A DNA stretch of 64,000 bases from a virus, in IMG/VR virus record IMGVR_UViG_3300035703_000034, positions 42,381-106,380 of that record, one strand, 5' to 3'. Shown piece by piece: positions 37,973-47,697 of the stretch (positions within the stretch are counted from its first letter, which is position 1; the number at the start of each line of letters is the position of its first letter). The position numbers were made by a program, and so were the translations under genes. The notes under the pieces were generated by a model, which had not been told where the DNA came from, searched no databases, and saw only the letters and a list, made by a program, of their open reading frames with translations.

Positions 37973-38314
37973 ATGAACAACAAAGCGCAACGTAAGGTCA
38001 AAAAACAGACGGCCACGGCCCGTTTCAAGGACCGAGCCAAGGTCGACGCGCTGCTGGCCGCCCGGCCGGACGCCAAAGTCCGGGAGCTGGGCCTACAGTG
38101 CTTTGTCGTGCACGCCTGCTGCTGCAGCTGTGACGACAACTGGTGTCGCGACAGCTGGCTCCCGGCCTGGGAGGTCACCGGCCTCTACAACCGGGAAATC
38201 GCCAACATCTTGAACGCCGCGGGCTTCGTGCCACGCGACACCCACCTGGTGGAGGTGTCAGACGAAAACCAGGCGAAGACCGCGCGGTTCGATCGTACAG
38301 AGAAGGAGGGCTGA
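37973..38314 (+). CDS. Hypothetical Cys-cluster protein
   Basis: AAGGAGG SD; HACCCSCDDNWC. Confidence 0.6.
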   Translation: MNNKAQRKVKKQTATARFKDRAKVDALLAARPDAKVRELGLQCFVVHACCCSCDDNWCRDSWLPAWEVTGLYNREIANILNAAGFVPRDTHLVEVSDENQAKTARFDRTEKEG

Positions 38315-38317
38315 TAG

Positions 38318-38674
38318 ATGCAGAAGCTTCAGAATCTTTGCGACGACACACTGAAGAAACTGACGCACTGCGGCAAGGGGCCTGCGGACGTCAAGTGGGT
38401 CCAGGGGCAGGACGCCGACGGCCTTTGGTCGTGCACCTGGGAGCAGTTCGCTGCCGCAGCAGCCGAGCTCGAGCACGACGGCGGCCCGGAATGGGTCAGC
38501 ATCGACCTGAAAGTCGTCGGAGACGGCTGGTGGCTCGAGCGCCGAGAGCACGAGCTCTATGACGAGTGGGTGTTTCGGCAGGCGGTGGTGCGTCCCAAGC
38601 GCAGCCTCGCGCCGACCGCGCTGACGCTTCGCGGCATGCGTTGGGAGTATGACACACCGGGTGACGAGGACTGA
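38318..38674 (+). CDS. Conserved phage hypothetical protein
   Basis: DLKVVGDGWWLERRE motif; AAGGAGG SD. Confidence 0.65.
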   Translation: MQKLQNLCDDTLKKLTHCGKGPADVKWVQGQDADGLWSCTWEQFAAAAAELEHDGGPEWVSIDLKVVGDGWWLERREHELYDEWVFRQAVVRPKRSLAPTALTLRGMRWEYDTPGDED

Positions 38675-38731
38675 CAGTCCGAGCGCATAGACTTACGACC
38701 CGCCGACCCGTCGGCGAGAAAGGAACTTCCC

Positions 38732-39403
38732 ATGATCGAGATCAAGAACTCCCGCGGCCACGTGCTGCACACGGTCGACGCCGACACGCTCATCGGGGCG
38801 GACTTGTCGGGCCTCGACCTGACGGACGCCAACCTGCGCGGCGCGGACCTCAGCCACGCCAAGCTCGTGAAGACCAACCTCAGCTACGCGTGCCTGGAAA
38901 ACGCGGACTTCAACAGCGCCGAGTTGGATGAGACGCAGTTCGACGGTGCGGACTTGCGCGCGGCGAACTTCCGGACGCGGAACACAGATGCCAGCTACCG
39001 AGGTGACCGGACAGGAATCGAAGCCGTGTCGTTTATAGACGCGGACCTGCGGAACGCCAACTTCTGCAAGTGCGAGATTTTCTGGTCTTCGTTCTACGAT
39101 GCCGACCTGCGGGGCGCCCACTTCAAAGACGCCGAGTTCTTCGGTGACGACATGGAGTTCGCCTTCGCCGATGCGCGCAACGCAGACTTCAGCTTTGCAA
39201 CATTCAACAATGTACAGCTTAAAGGCGAAGGCGAGGACGACGGCCTTCCGTATCTCTGTGGCGCGGACTTCACCGAAGCCTCCTTCCTTGAGTCGTTCAT
39301 CGACGCACACCTTGATGGTGCAAACTTCATGCGCGCCCGCTTGGCTCGTGCCACGTTCAGCCCGTACGTTCAAGAACAGCTGAACGAGACAGTGCGGCGC
39401 TAA
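38732..39403 (+). CDS. Pentapeptide repeat protein
   Basis: A[DN][LF]xx repeats. Confidence 0.9.
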   Translation: MIEIKNSRGHVLHTVDADTLIGADLSGLDLTDANLRGADLSHAKLVKTNLSYACLENADFNSAELDETQFDGADLRAANFRTRNTDASYRGDRTGIEAVSFIDADLRNANFCKCEIFWSSFYDADLRGAHFKDAEFFGDDMEFAFADARNADFSFATFNNVQLKGEGEDDGLPYLCGADFTEASFLESFIDAHLDGANFMRARLARATFSPYVQEQLNETVRR

Positions 39404-39422
39404 CCCACCCACCCCGGCCCCA

Positions 39423-39456
39423 CCCGCCCCGCAACCCCACCGGTTGCGGGGCTTTC
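39423..39456 (+). terminator. Hairpin/weak terminator, copy 1 of a repeated element
   Basis: GCCCCGCAACC-N5-GGTTGCGGGGC-TTTC. Confidence 0.65.
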
Positions 39457-39474
39457 GCATGAGGACCCATCACC

Positions 39475-39930
39475 ATGCCCATCCCCGTCATCCGGTGCGT
39501 CCGCGAGAGCCGGGCGCCGTACGATCGGCGCACGGCGCTCAGGGGTCCCGAGGACGCTGCCCGTGCGGCGCGGGCCGTCATCGGCGACCCGGATCGCGAG
39601 CACTTCCTCACCATCCACCTGGACCGCAAGAACCGCATCTTGTCGGCGGAGATCACCGCCATCGGGACGCAGTCCGCGGTGCTGGTCGGTCCCCGGGAGA
39701 TCTTCCGCGCGGCGATCGCCGCCGACGCGGGCGCCCTCATCGTGGCGCACAACCACCCCAGCGGCGACCCGGCCCCGAGCCATGAGGATCGCGAGCTCAC
39801 GCGCAAGCTCCTCGAGGCAGGCGCGCTGCTCGGCATCACCCTGCTCGACCACCTCGTCCTCGGCGACGAGGACGCCACGTGCCCCCACCTCAGCCTCCGG
39901 GACGCGTACCCGGACCTCGGCTGGACCTGA
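39475..39930 (+). CDS. radC: RadC-like JAB domain protein
   Basis: REHF..I.LD.KN; PREIFRAA; AHNHPSGDPAPSHEDRELT; LLDHLV. Confidence 0.9.
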   Translation: MPIPVIRCVRESRAPYDRRTALRGPEDAARAARAVIGDPDREHFLTIHLDRKNRILSAEITAIGTQSAVLVGPREIFRAAIAADAGALIVAHNHPSGDPAPSHEDRELTRKLLEAGALLGITLLDHLVLGDEDATCPHLSLRDAYPDLGWT

Positions 39931-39950
39931 TTGAAAGGAGATCCGTCTTT

Positions 39951-40580
39951 ATGAGGACGACACAAAAGTTACTCCGAGGCCATCGGACGGTGCCGCTTGA
40001 TGACGTGGCAAAGGTACTCGGGGCCGAGTATGTGTCAATAGACCCCGGCGAGCAAGTAGCCGCCGAGGCCTTTTTGGTCGATCGTCACGACTTTCAGCCG
40101 AACGGCTACTGCGGCCGCCCTGCAAACAAGGTGGCAATTTCGGAACGTCTACTGGGTACGGTCGAGAGCGGGGCAGTCAAAGGCGGCGACATCCTGCTAC
40201 AGTGCCGTCCGGTCACACTGGCTCAGCCGGCACTGGTAGCGGAGGACCCTGACGCACTCTGGTATCCAACCCAAACGATGCGGATCCTGCGCATGCGCGC
40301 GTACAGCCCCGTCAACGCGGTCATTTTGCATCGTTACCTGTCATCACGCGTCGGACAAGAGTTATTAAACGCCGCGGCAACGCACAGTGGCAAAGGTAAA
40401 CATTCGTACGTGCCGGTGGACGCGCTGCGGGCCTTGCCCGTCATCGTCCCGGACGATGAGACGGTCAGCCGAATCATGGCGGCGCACGACGCGATCCTCA
40501 CCGCGCACCAGGAGTTGGAGCGCGTCCAGCAGCGCATTGCCGCGCTGCGCGACGAGCCCTGGCTGACGTCCCTGACCTGA
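39951..40580 (+). CDS. Stand-alone type I R-M HsdS-like single target recognition domain
   Basis: VKGGDILL; YLSSRVGQ; LRALPVIVP..E..RI followed by a coiled coil; lower GC than neighbours. Confidence 0.55.
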   Translation: MRTTQKLLRGHRTVPLDDVAKVLGAEYVSIDPGEQVAAEAFLVDRHDFQPNGYCGRPANKVAISERLLGTVESGAVKGGDILLQCRPVTLAQPALVAEDPDALWYPTQTMRILRMRAYSPVNAVILHRYLSSRVGQELLNAAATHSGKGKHSYVPVDALRALPVIVPDDETVSRIMAAHDAILTAHQELERVQQRIAALRDEPWLTSLT

Positions 40581-40594
40581 CCAAATCCCGCGCC

Positions 40595-40628
40595 CCCGCC
40601 CCGCAACCACCCTGGTTGCGGGGCTTTC
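40595..40628 (+). terminator. Hairpin/weak terminator, copy 2
   Basis: Same stem as 39423-39456 with a different loop. Confidence 0.65.
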
Positions 40629-40648
40629 TCTTTGAAAGGAGCCCCACG

Positions 40649-40996
40649 ATGAGCGCCAAGGACGTGCGCCGGCTGAACGAGGACTTCCTCCAGACCATCC
40701 CGCACCGGGTGCTGCGGGACTTCTCCGGCCCCATCGACTTGCCGGGCGGCCGCTTCATGCACCACGGCGTCGTGGTCGTGACGCACCCGAGCGGCGCCCT
40801 GGACGTGCTGACCCGCAACGGTCAGTTCCTCCGGGTCTCGGGACCCACGACGGCGGTCCCGCTCGACCTCGCGGTCTACCCGCACGCGCAGCTGAAAAGC
40901 GGCGTGCTCGAGGCCCTCAACTCCGCCATCGCGCGGCGGAAGCAACGCACGCACGAGCTCGAACGACTAGAGCGCCGGCTGTGCGAGCGCGCGTGA
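40649..40996 (+). CDS. Hypothetical protein
   Basis: AAAGGAG SD. Confidence 0.6.
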   Translation: MSAKDVRRLNEDFLQTIPHRVLRDFSGPIDLPGGRFMHHGVVVVTHPSGALDVLTRNGQFLRVSGPTTAVPLDLAVYPHAQLKSGVLEALNSAIARRKQRTHELERLERRLCERA

Positions 40997-41058
40997 ACCC
41001 ACCCCCGGTCCTGACCCACACCCCACCGTGCCGTTCGCGGCAGAAGGCGGATAACCCC

Positions 41059-41502
41059 ATGGAGATGCTCGACAACAACGCCACCCAGGTCCTGTTCATG
41101 GCGATGGTGGACGCCAACCTCATCGGCAAGCACTTCCCGCTGCACCTCGCGCACATGGCGGACGAACTGGCCGCGCACCTGAAGGCGGGCGGCACGCCCG
41201 AGTCGTACTGGGCCGAGTACGTGTTCGCGCCCATCGACGACCAGCCGCTGCGCCGGCAGACGGCCGAGGAGCTGGCCGGCTGGGCGATGACGCTCCTGAT
41301 GGTCGCACCGGCCCTGAAGCGGCTCGCCAACGTCGGAGAAATCGCGGAAGCCATCGTGCTCGTCTCGGCGCACGTGGCCGTGCGCAAGACCCCGCTGCTC
41401 GCGGCGGTGTTCCATTTGATCGCCAAGGAGCTCGACATCCTCGTGATGCCGAAGGCCTTCGGCATCGGCCGCGACGCCCTCGCGGCGCTCACGGCCCAGT
41501 AG
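41059..41502 (+). CDS. Hypothetical protein
   Basis: ORF after UUCG hairpin. Confidence 0.6.
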   Translation: MEMLDNNATQVLFMAMVDANLIGKHFPLHLAHMADELAAHLKAGGTPESYWAEYVFAPIDDQPLRRQTAEELAGWAMTLLMVAPALKRLANVGEIAEAIVLVSAHVAVRKTPLLAAVFHLIAKELDILVMPKAFGIGRDALAALTAQ

Positions 41503-41516
41503 AAAGGAAGGTTCCC

Positions 41517-41957
<441 letters not shown>

Positions 41958-42194
41958 AGAGCGCACCTGCGCCGACTGCGTCTACCTCGACCGTGCGCCC
42001 CTTGCGGTGCACGGCCTCGAGTGGCACACGGCGGCGACGGTCGCGCTGTTCGAGTCCGATCGCCCGTGCCGGGCGTTCGGGCAACAACCGGAGTACAGGG
42101 CCTGCGAGGCGCTCCTGACGCACGACGCGTGGGACTGCCTCCAGGCCTCGCCCCAGAGTGGTCCGCCACCGACACGCAAGCGGAAAGGACCGCC

Positions 42195-42356
42195 ATGACG
42201 GACCAGGAGAAGGCAGCCTTGTGGACGCTCGCGAGCCTCGCAGCCGACGTGCTGATGCGCATGTCGTGGTTTGCCGGCAGCGAGTACGTGGGCGTCATGG
42301 ACGAGGCCAAGAAGTACGGCATCGTCAAAAAGGACTGGACGGACAACTTCTTTTGA
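42195..42356 (+). CDS. Small hypothetical protein
   Basis: AAAGGA SD then ATG. Confidence 0.55.
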   Translation: MTDQEKAALWTLASLAADVLMRMSWFAGSEYVGVMDEAKKYGIVKKDWTDNFF

Positions 42357-42371
42357 GGAGGAGGTCCACGG

Positions 42372-42515
42372 ATGCCCGCATACCACGACAGCTTCGACTG
42401 TCAGGTGCATCCCGAGGAGTTCGGCGAACTCCCACCCGACGACGAGGGGGTGGCGATCGCCGAACCAGAAGAACACGAGGAAGACTGCGCCCTGTACTGG
42501 TGGGAGGTCGCCTAA
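42372..42515 (+). CDS. 47-aa acidic peptide
   Basis: GAGGAGGAGG SD; MPAYHDSFDC...; fills the gap exactly. Confidence 0.5.
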   Translation: MPAYHDSFDCQVHPEEFGELPPDDEGVAIAEPEEHEEDCALYWWEVA

Positions 42516-42516
42516 C

Positions 42517-42981
42517 ATGAGCACGTCACCCCAGCCGCCCCGGCGGCGTCGGTCCTGGCAGGCGACGAAAGTCCTGCTGGACAACCTGATGGCAAATCAG
42601 GTACAGAAGGAAACCCGTCTCGCGGAGCTGCAGAAGCAGCTGTTCGACACGGAGCTGGGTCAGCAGGTGCTGGCCCTGAGCAACGAGGTCGAGCGGCTGA
42701 CGGCCCAGCTCCAGGCGCTGCTCCAGGACGTCGTCGGCGTCCAGGAGACGCCCTACGGCAAGGTCGGCTACCAGCCTCGCACCGCGTACACGTACAACCC
42801 CGCGGCGATTCGGGAGGTGCTGCCGCAGTACGTGGAGACCCTGGTCGTCCAGGCGGTCGACAAGAACGAACTCAAGCGGGTGCTTGCCAAAGGCGACCGC
42901 CGCTGGGACGTGCTCAACCAGCACGCCAGCACCGAGGCCAAAACGACGCTGGCCTGGGTGTGCAAGCCCCTCACGCACTAA
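42517..42981 (+). CDS. Coiled-coil protein, possibly Gam/Gp157-like
   Basis: Coiled coil then ETPYGKVGY...VDKNELKRVL. Confidence 0.45.
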   Translation: MSTSPQPPRRRRSWQATKVLLDNLMANQVQKETRLAELQKQLFDTELGQQVLALSNEVERLTAQLQALLQDVVGVQETPYGKVGYQPRTAYTYNPAAIREVLPQYVETLVVQAVDKNELKRVLAKGDRRWDVLNQHASTEAKTTLAWVCKPLTH

Positions 42982-43023
42982 CAACGCTCAGTCACGCACA
43001 GTCATTTAACTCTGGAGGTACAA

Positions 43024-44130
43024 ATGACAGCAGAGATGGTGTCCCCCATGGGACCTGAAGATGCTGCGCGCATCCCGCTCTACGGTAAGCAGATCCACTG
43101 GAGCCTGCCGGGTGTGGCCCTGACCGAAGGCGAGGTCAAGAAGCTCCTCGTCGAGGCCGGCCTGAACCCCGACGCCACCCCCAAGGTCCGCGGCACGACG
43201 ACGGCGGCCCGGACCCTCAAGAAGCTGCAGCAGGACAGCGAGGGCGGCTTCGTCACCGAGGCACCCGCGCCCAACGGCTGCACGTACTTCTTCCTGGTGC
43301 TGCCGGGCTTCGACGCGGCGGGCCAGATCGGGTTCCGGACGGAGCGGGTCACCTACGACCCGGTGACCGACACGCTGACGGCCGAGAACCCCGACCGCCA
43401 GTCGGACGTCAACGCGGCCCTGGCCCGCTTCGCCAACTGCCTGCTCGGCGCGGACATCCGCAGGGCGCTGACCCGCATCGTGCAGGACGAGGGCGGCGTG
43501 CCCTACGCGCCGGGCTCCGGTGTGTACATCCTGCCCGAGTCCAAAGCGGACGTGGCCGACCGCATCGACACGTTCGTGCGCAGCCTCGGCAAGCGCTGCA
43601 AGGTCCGCATCATGGAGCTGACCAAGACCGAGCAGAACCGCCAGACGATGGAGTCGGCGTCGCGCGACGACATCCTTGCCGAGATCGCGCAGCTGTCGGA
43701 AGAGCTCACCAAGCTCGAGGACAGCAACGTGATCGCGGAGGGCGGCGACAACCGCGCGGTCATCGTCGGCTATCAGGCCAGCTTCGTCGAGGAGCTCGTC
43801 GTGACCAAGCCCGTCCGGCGCGGCGACAAGCTTCAGATGATCGCGGGCGGGGCGTTCATGACCTTCGAGATCGACCGTGCCAACGACGACGGCACGCTGA
43901 CGCTCGCGGTCCCGGCGCCGCGGGCCGTGTCCGGCAGCTTCACCATCGAGCGCCCCTCGGAGACCCGCGTGCGCGCCAGCACGTGGACCAACAAGATGAA
44001 GACGCTCCAGGCGAAGCTCACGAAGGCAGAGATGTACGCCGACCTGCTCGCGTACAAGGCGGACGACATCCGCCAGGCCATCGCCGAGCAGATGGCGCGT
44101 GTCCAGGCGCGGATGCTCGGCGCCGAGTAG
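43024..44130 (+). CDS. AAA/VWA-associated protein (DUF6744-like) with inserted beta domain
   Basis: G..IHWSL, DIR..L, GSGVYILP motifs; upstream of MoxR ATPase. Confidence 0.55.
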   Translation: MTAEMVSPMGPEDAARIPLYGKQIHWSLPGVALTEGEVKKLLVEAGLNPDATPKVRGTTTAARTLKKLQQDSEGGFVTEAPAPNGCTYFFLVLPGFDAAGQIGFRTERVTYDPVTDTLTAENPDRQSDVNAALARFANCLLGADIRRALTRIVQDEGGVPYAPGSGVYILPESKADVADRIDTFVRSLGKRCKVRIMELTKTEQNRQTMESASRDDILAEIAQLSEELTKLEDSNVIAEGGDNRAVIVGYQASFVEELVVTKPVRRGDKLQMIAGGAFMTFEIDRANDDGTLTLAVPAPRAVSGSFTIERPSETRVRASTWTNKMKTLQAKLTKAEMYADLLAYKADDIRQAIAEQMARVQARMLGAE

Positions 44131-44203
44131 GTCCCTCTCCCGTCACCCCACGATCCGCCGGGCGCACGTCGCCCGGCGGTCCCTTCCGATGGAGATCACA
44201 CCC

Positions 44204-45352
44204 ATGACGACGAACGTCATCACGGCCATCCAGGCGATCGAAACGGAACTCAACGACTACTTCCTCGACCGCAAAGACCTCATCCGCGGCCTGCTGCTCG
44301 CCATCGTCAGCCGCCAGCACCTGCTGATGGTCGGCGAGCCCGGCACGGCGAAGTCCGCGATCGCCCGCGCCCTGGCGGCGCACCTCACCGGCGGCCGCTA
44401 TTTCGAGACCCTGCTGACGAAGACCTCGCCGCCCGAGAAGGTTTTTGGCCCCATCGCGATGAGCAAGCTGCTTCAAGACGTCTACGAGCACAAGACGACG
44501 GGGTACGCGCCGGACGCCGAGATCGTCATGCTTGACGAGGTCGGTAAGGCCTCCAGCGTCATCTTGAACGAGTTTCTTGCTTTGATGAACGAGCGCTTGT
44601 TCCACAACGGCGGCATCGCCCAGACCTGCCCCCTGATGACGATGGTGGGTACGTCCAACGAGCTGCCGGACGGGGACGAGCTCTCGGCCCTGTACGACCG
44701 CTTCCTGCTGCGCTTCGAGGTGCATGATCTTGACGATGCCGAGTTTGAGCTGGCAATCGACGCGGACGACGCGTACCAGCCACAGACACATCTGACGCTT
44801 GCGGACCTCACGGCGCTGCAGGACCAGGCGGCGAGTATCAGGCTGCCGGCTACCATCCGTCAGGCGATGGTCCGGCTGCGCCGCGAGCTGCGCGACGCGG
44901 GATTCCGGGCCTCCATTCGCCGCTGGAAGGCCAGCCGCAAGCTCATGGCGGCCAACGCCCTGCTCAACGGGCGCACCGTTATCAACGAGGAAGACCTCGA
45001 GGTGCTTGCGAACTCGCTGTGGAAAAAGCCCAGCGACCGCACCGTCATCTACCAGAAGGTCATCGGCATCGCCAACCCGCTCAAAGCGGAGCTCACGGCG
45101 CTGCTCGACAACTACCACAGCATCCGCGCTCACGTGGAGGCCGTCATCAAGCAGACGGGCGAGAACAGCGCGGCGACGAGCGACGCCCGGCTCGAGGCGC
45201 AGAACAAGATGCAGGCGCTGAACAAGGCGCTTGCCAAGCTGGCGAGTACCCACGCGGGCACCTCCCAGGCGGCGGCCATCGAGGAGGCGCGGCGTCAGGG
45301 TGCGGCCCTGCACAAGGCGTTCCTGGTGGCGCACATGGGGTGGAGCGAGTGA
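44204..45352 (+). CDS. MoxR/RavA-family AAA+ ATPase
   Basis: GEPGTAKS Walker A; MLDEVGKAS Walker B; SNELP; ALYDRF. Confidence 0.9.
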   Translation: MTTNVITAIQAIETELNDYFLDRKDLIRGLLLAIVSRQHLLMVGEPGTAKSAIARALAAHLTGGRYFETLLTKTSPPEKVFGPIAMSKLLQDVYEHKTTGYAPDAEIVMLDEVGKASSVILNEFLALMNERLFHNGGIAQTCPLMTMVGTSNELPDGDELSALYDRFLLRFEVHDLDDAEFELAIDADDAYQPQTHLTLADLTALQDQAASIRLPATIRQAMVRLRRELRDAGFRASIRRWKASRKLMAANALLNGRTVINEEDLEVLANSLWKKPSDRTVIYQKVIGIANPLKAELTALLDNYHSIRAHVEAVIKQTGENSAATSDARLEAQNKMQALNKALAKLASTHAGTSQAAAIEEARRQGAALHKAFLVAHMGWSE

Positions 45353-45651
45353 TGACGGCCACCCTGGACCACCAAATCGAGCAGGCGCTTGAGCTGCTCG
45401 ATGAGCAAATCGCGAGAATCAGGCGCATCGACGCGCTGGCGTACGACGACACGCCGGCGTTCGTGGCAACCACCATGCGCGATGCGCTGACGCTTTACGA
45501 GAAGGTCAACCGGCTCCTGGGCAAGCGCTTCACGCCGTCTGGCAACCTCATCAACCAGGATGGGGTCCGCGAGCGGCTGCGGCAAGTTCAGGACCGGGTG
45601 CTGACGCTGCGCGAGATGTCGCGCGGAAAGGAGAACCCGTGCGGATCGTGA
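45352..45651 (+). CDS. Hypothetical helical protein
   Basis: TGATG coupling between ATPase and VWA genes. Confidence 0.55.
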   Translation: MTATLDHQIEQALELLDEQIARIRRIDALAYDDTPAFVATTMRDALTLYEKVNRLLGKRFTPSGNLINQDGVRERLRQVQDRVLTLREMSRGKENPCGS

Positions 45652-47063
45652 AGACCGATCTGCTGGACCGTCGGGCGTGGGAAACCGCGCTCGACGCCAG
45701 CGATTCCCTGCATCAACTGGTCGAAACGAACGAGGCCGAAGAGGACGGCCTCGACGACTTCGTGGCCGATCTCTTCCAGACCCTTCACCAGCGGGTGCCG
45801 GTACTGGCCCCGCCGCACAGCCTGACCCTTACAGAGCCTGTGCTGCGTGAGGTGATGGAGACGCAGGAGTTCAAGCAGCTCACGGCGTCGACGCGCGGCG
45901 ACCTGGTCAACGCCACCTTCGCCACCCACCGGCTCGGCACCAAGCTCGTCGAGAAGCTGCGCGCGCTGTTCAAGGAGGATCTGAAGGAAGAACACGAGGA
46001 GCTCGAGGAGGACGAGCTCGAGGACGGGGACGAGGACGACGGCCCGGACCAGCCCGACGGGTTTCCGGATCCCACGGGTCGAAAGGGACGCAAGCGCAAG
46101 GGCCGAGAACGCAGGCCCGTCGACCCCGATAAGATCGGCGAGCTCCGCCGGGACCTCCGCGAGGCCGCGAAAGACGTTCAGAAGCAGGTCGACGCCATCC
46201 AGCAGGCGGAGGACATGCTGGGCGGCAAGAGCGGTCACAGCCTGGAGAAGAAGCTCGCGCTGAGCCAGAAGGTCGGCCGCTCCACCAAGCTCAAGCAGAT
46301 GATGGAGCTGGCCGGCCGGCTCCGGCGGGTCGCGCTGGCGAAGAAGTCCAGCGTGATTCGCGAGGTGCCCCAGGAGACGGTGGGCATCCGGATCGGCGAC
46401 GATATCACCCAGGTGGTGCCAAGCGAGCTGGCGCTGCTGGCGCACCCGACGACGGCACCGCTGTTCTACAAGAAGTTTCTTCAAAAGCAGTTGATGCTCT
46501 GGGACAAACAGGGCGAGGAGAAGCTCGGCGGCGGCGCCATCGTGCTGCTGATCGACGGGTCGGGCTCGATGGCCGGGCCGCGGGAGCTCTGGGCCAAGTC
46601 CGTGATGATGGCCTACCTGGCCGTCGCGGAGAAAGAAAAGCGCGACCTCCACGTCATGCAGTTCGCGGGCCACGGCAAGACCGCGTCGTGGGAGTTCCCG
46701 TTCCGCAGCAACCCGGCGGCGGTGGATCGCGGGAAGATCCTGGAGGCGGTCGAGGTGTTTCTCGACGGCTCGACCGATCTCGAAGGCCCGCTCCGGTGGG
46801 CGGTCGAGCAAATCAAGGTGCCGGCAACCAACCCGATGTCGGCGGCGGACGTCGTCGTCCTCACCGACGCCGAGTGCACGTTCAGCCCGGAGTTCATCAG
46901 CGAGTTCGGGCAGGCGCAGGCCCGGCTCGGCTTCCGCACGCAGGGTGTGCTCATCGGGGCGCCGGCGTACCTCCCGCACTTCCAGCAGGTGTGCGGCGAG
47001 GCGATCGCCATCGACGACCTCAAGGACGACGACAAGGTGACGGACCTGCTGTTCAAGAGGTGA
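45639..47063 (+). CDS. VWA-domain protein (ViaA-like)
   Basis: MIDAS DGSGSM; GSTD; VVLTDAE; VVPSELALL. Confidence 0.9.
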   Translation: MRIVKTDLLDRRAWETALDASDSLHQLVETNEAEEDGLDDFVADLFQTLHQRVPVLAPPHSLTLTEPVLREVMETQEFKQLTASTRGDLVNATFATHRLGTKLVEKLRALFKEDLKEEHEELEEDELEDGDEDDGPDQPDGFPDPTGRKGRKRKGRERRPVDPDKIGELRRDLREAAKDVQKQVDAIQQAEDMLGGKSGHSLEKKLALSQKVGRSTKLKQMMELAGRLRRVALAKKSSVIREVPQETVGIRIGDDITQVVPSELALLAHPTTAPLFYKKFLQKQLMLWDKQGEEKLGGGAIVLLIDGSGSMAGPRELWAKSVMMAYLAVAEKEKRDLHVMQFAGHGKTASWEFPFRSNPAAVDRGKILEAVEVFLDGSTDLEGPLRWAVEQIKVPATNPMSAADVVVLTDAECTFSPEFISEFGQAQARLGFRTQGVLIGAPAYLPHFQQVCGEAIAIDDLKDDDKVTDLLFKR

Positions 47064-47067
47064 CGCC

Positions 47068-47262
47068 GTGTTCGATTACGACGGCTGGTTGTACCGCCAG
47101 GCCGAGCGGCACCACGGGGGTCCTGCTCGGCACACGCTGCGGTGCGTGACGTGCCTCAGCGACGCGCTGGACTGTGCGTGCGAGGAGGACACCGAGCTCG
47201 AGCCGGTGGACGACGGCGACGCGCACCACGACCGGATGAGGGACGACGCACTCACCGGTTAA
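47068..47262 (+). CDS. Small Cys-containing protein
   Basis: CVTC...CAC. Confidence 0.45.
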   Translation: MFDYDGWLYRQAERHHGGPARHTLRCVTCLSDALDCACEEDTELEPVDDGDAHHDRMRDDALTG

Positions 47263-47268
47263 CAACCG

Positions 47269-47291
47269 TTCAACAGTTCAACAGTTCAACC
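47269..47291 (+). repeat. Short tandem repeat GTTCAAC(A) x3 flanked by GTTAAC
   Basis: Read directly in an AT-rich intergenic gap. Confidence 0.7.
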
Positions 47292-47328
47292 GGTTAACGC
47301 TCAGTCAACGCAAAGAAAGGAGTCCGCG

Positions 47329-47697
47329 ATGCGGAACCCGACGATCCCCAGTCAGATGTTCAACATTCTCCGGGGGCGCTTGGACCTGCTGACGAACTAC
47401 GTGGAGGACTTCCTCTACGTCGACCTTGCGGCCCTCGGCCGGGCGCCCGAGGGGGCGCGGTTCGCCTGGGTGGTGCGCGAGTGGGGCACGCACCTGATCG
47501 ACATGTACGACAGCTCGTTGATCGGGTACGCGCAGTCGCTCCGGGCCGACCACCCCAAGGCGCCGTGGTTCATCATCGAGGTGACGGACCCGGCAGAGCT
47601 GCCGCTGGCGGCGTACCCGCGCGGCACGGTGGAGCCCACCAGCTACGCGGCGGTGGTGCGCGAGCTGCGCGGCCCGAAAGGCGCGGTGTCGGCATGA
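47329..47697 (+). CDS. Hypothetical protein
   Basis: AAAGGAG SD; FAWVVREWGTHL. Confidence 0.65.
   Translation: MRNPTIPSQMFNILRGRLDLLTNYVEDFLYVDLAALGRAPEGARFAWVVREWGTHLIDMYDSSLIGYAQSLRADHPKAPWFIIEVTDPAELPLAAYPRGTVEPTSYAAVVRELRGPKGAVSA

Noticed and set aside
47258-47298. CRISPR-like repeat (GTTCAAC units)
   Set aside because: Units are 8 bp with no spacers and no cas genes
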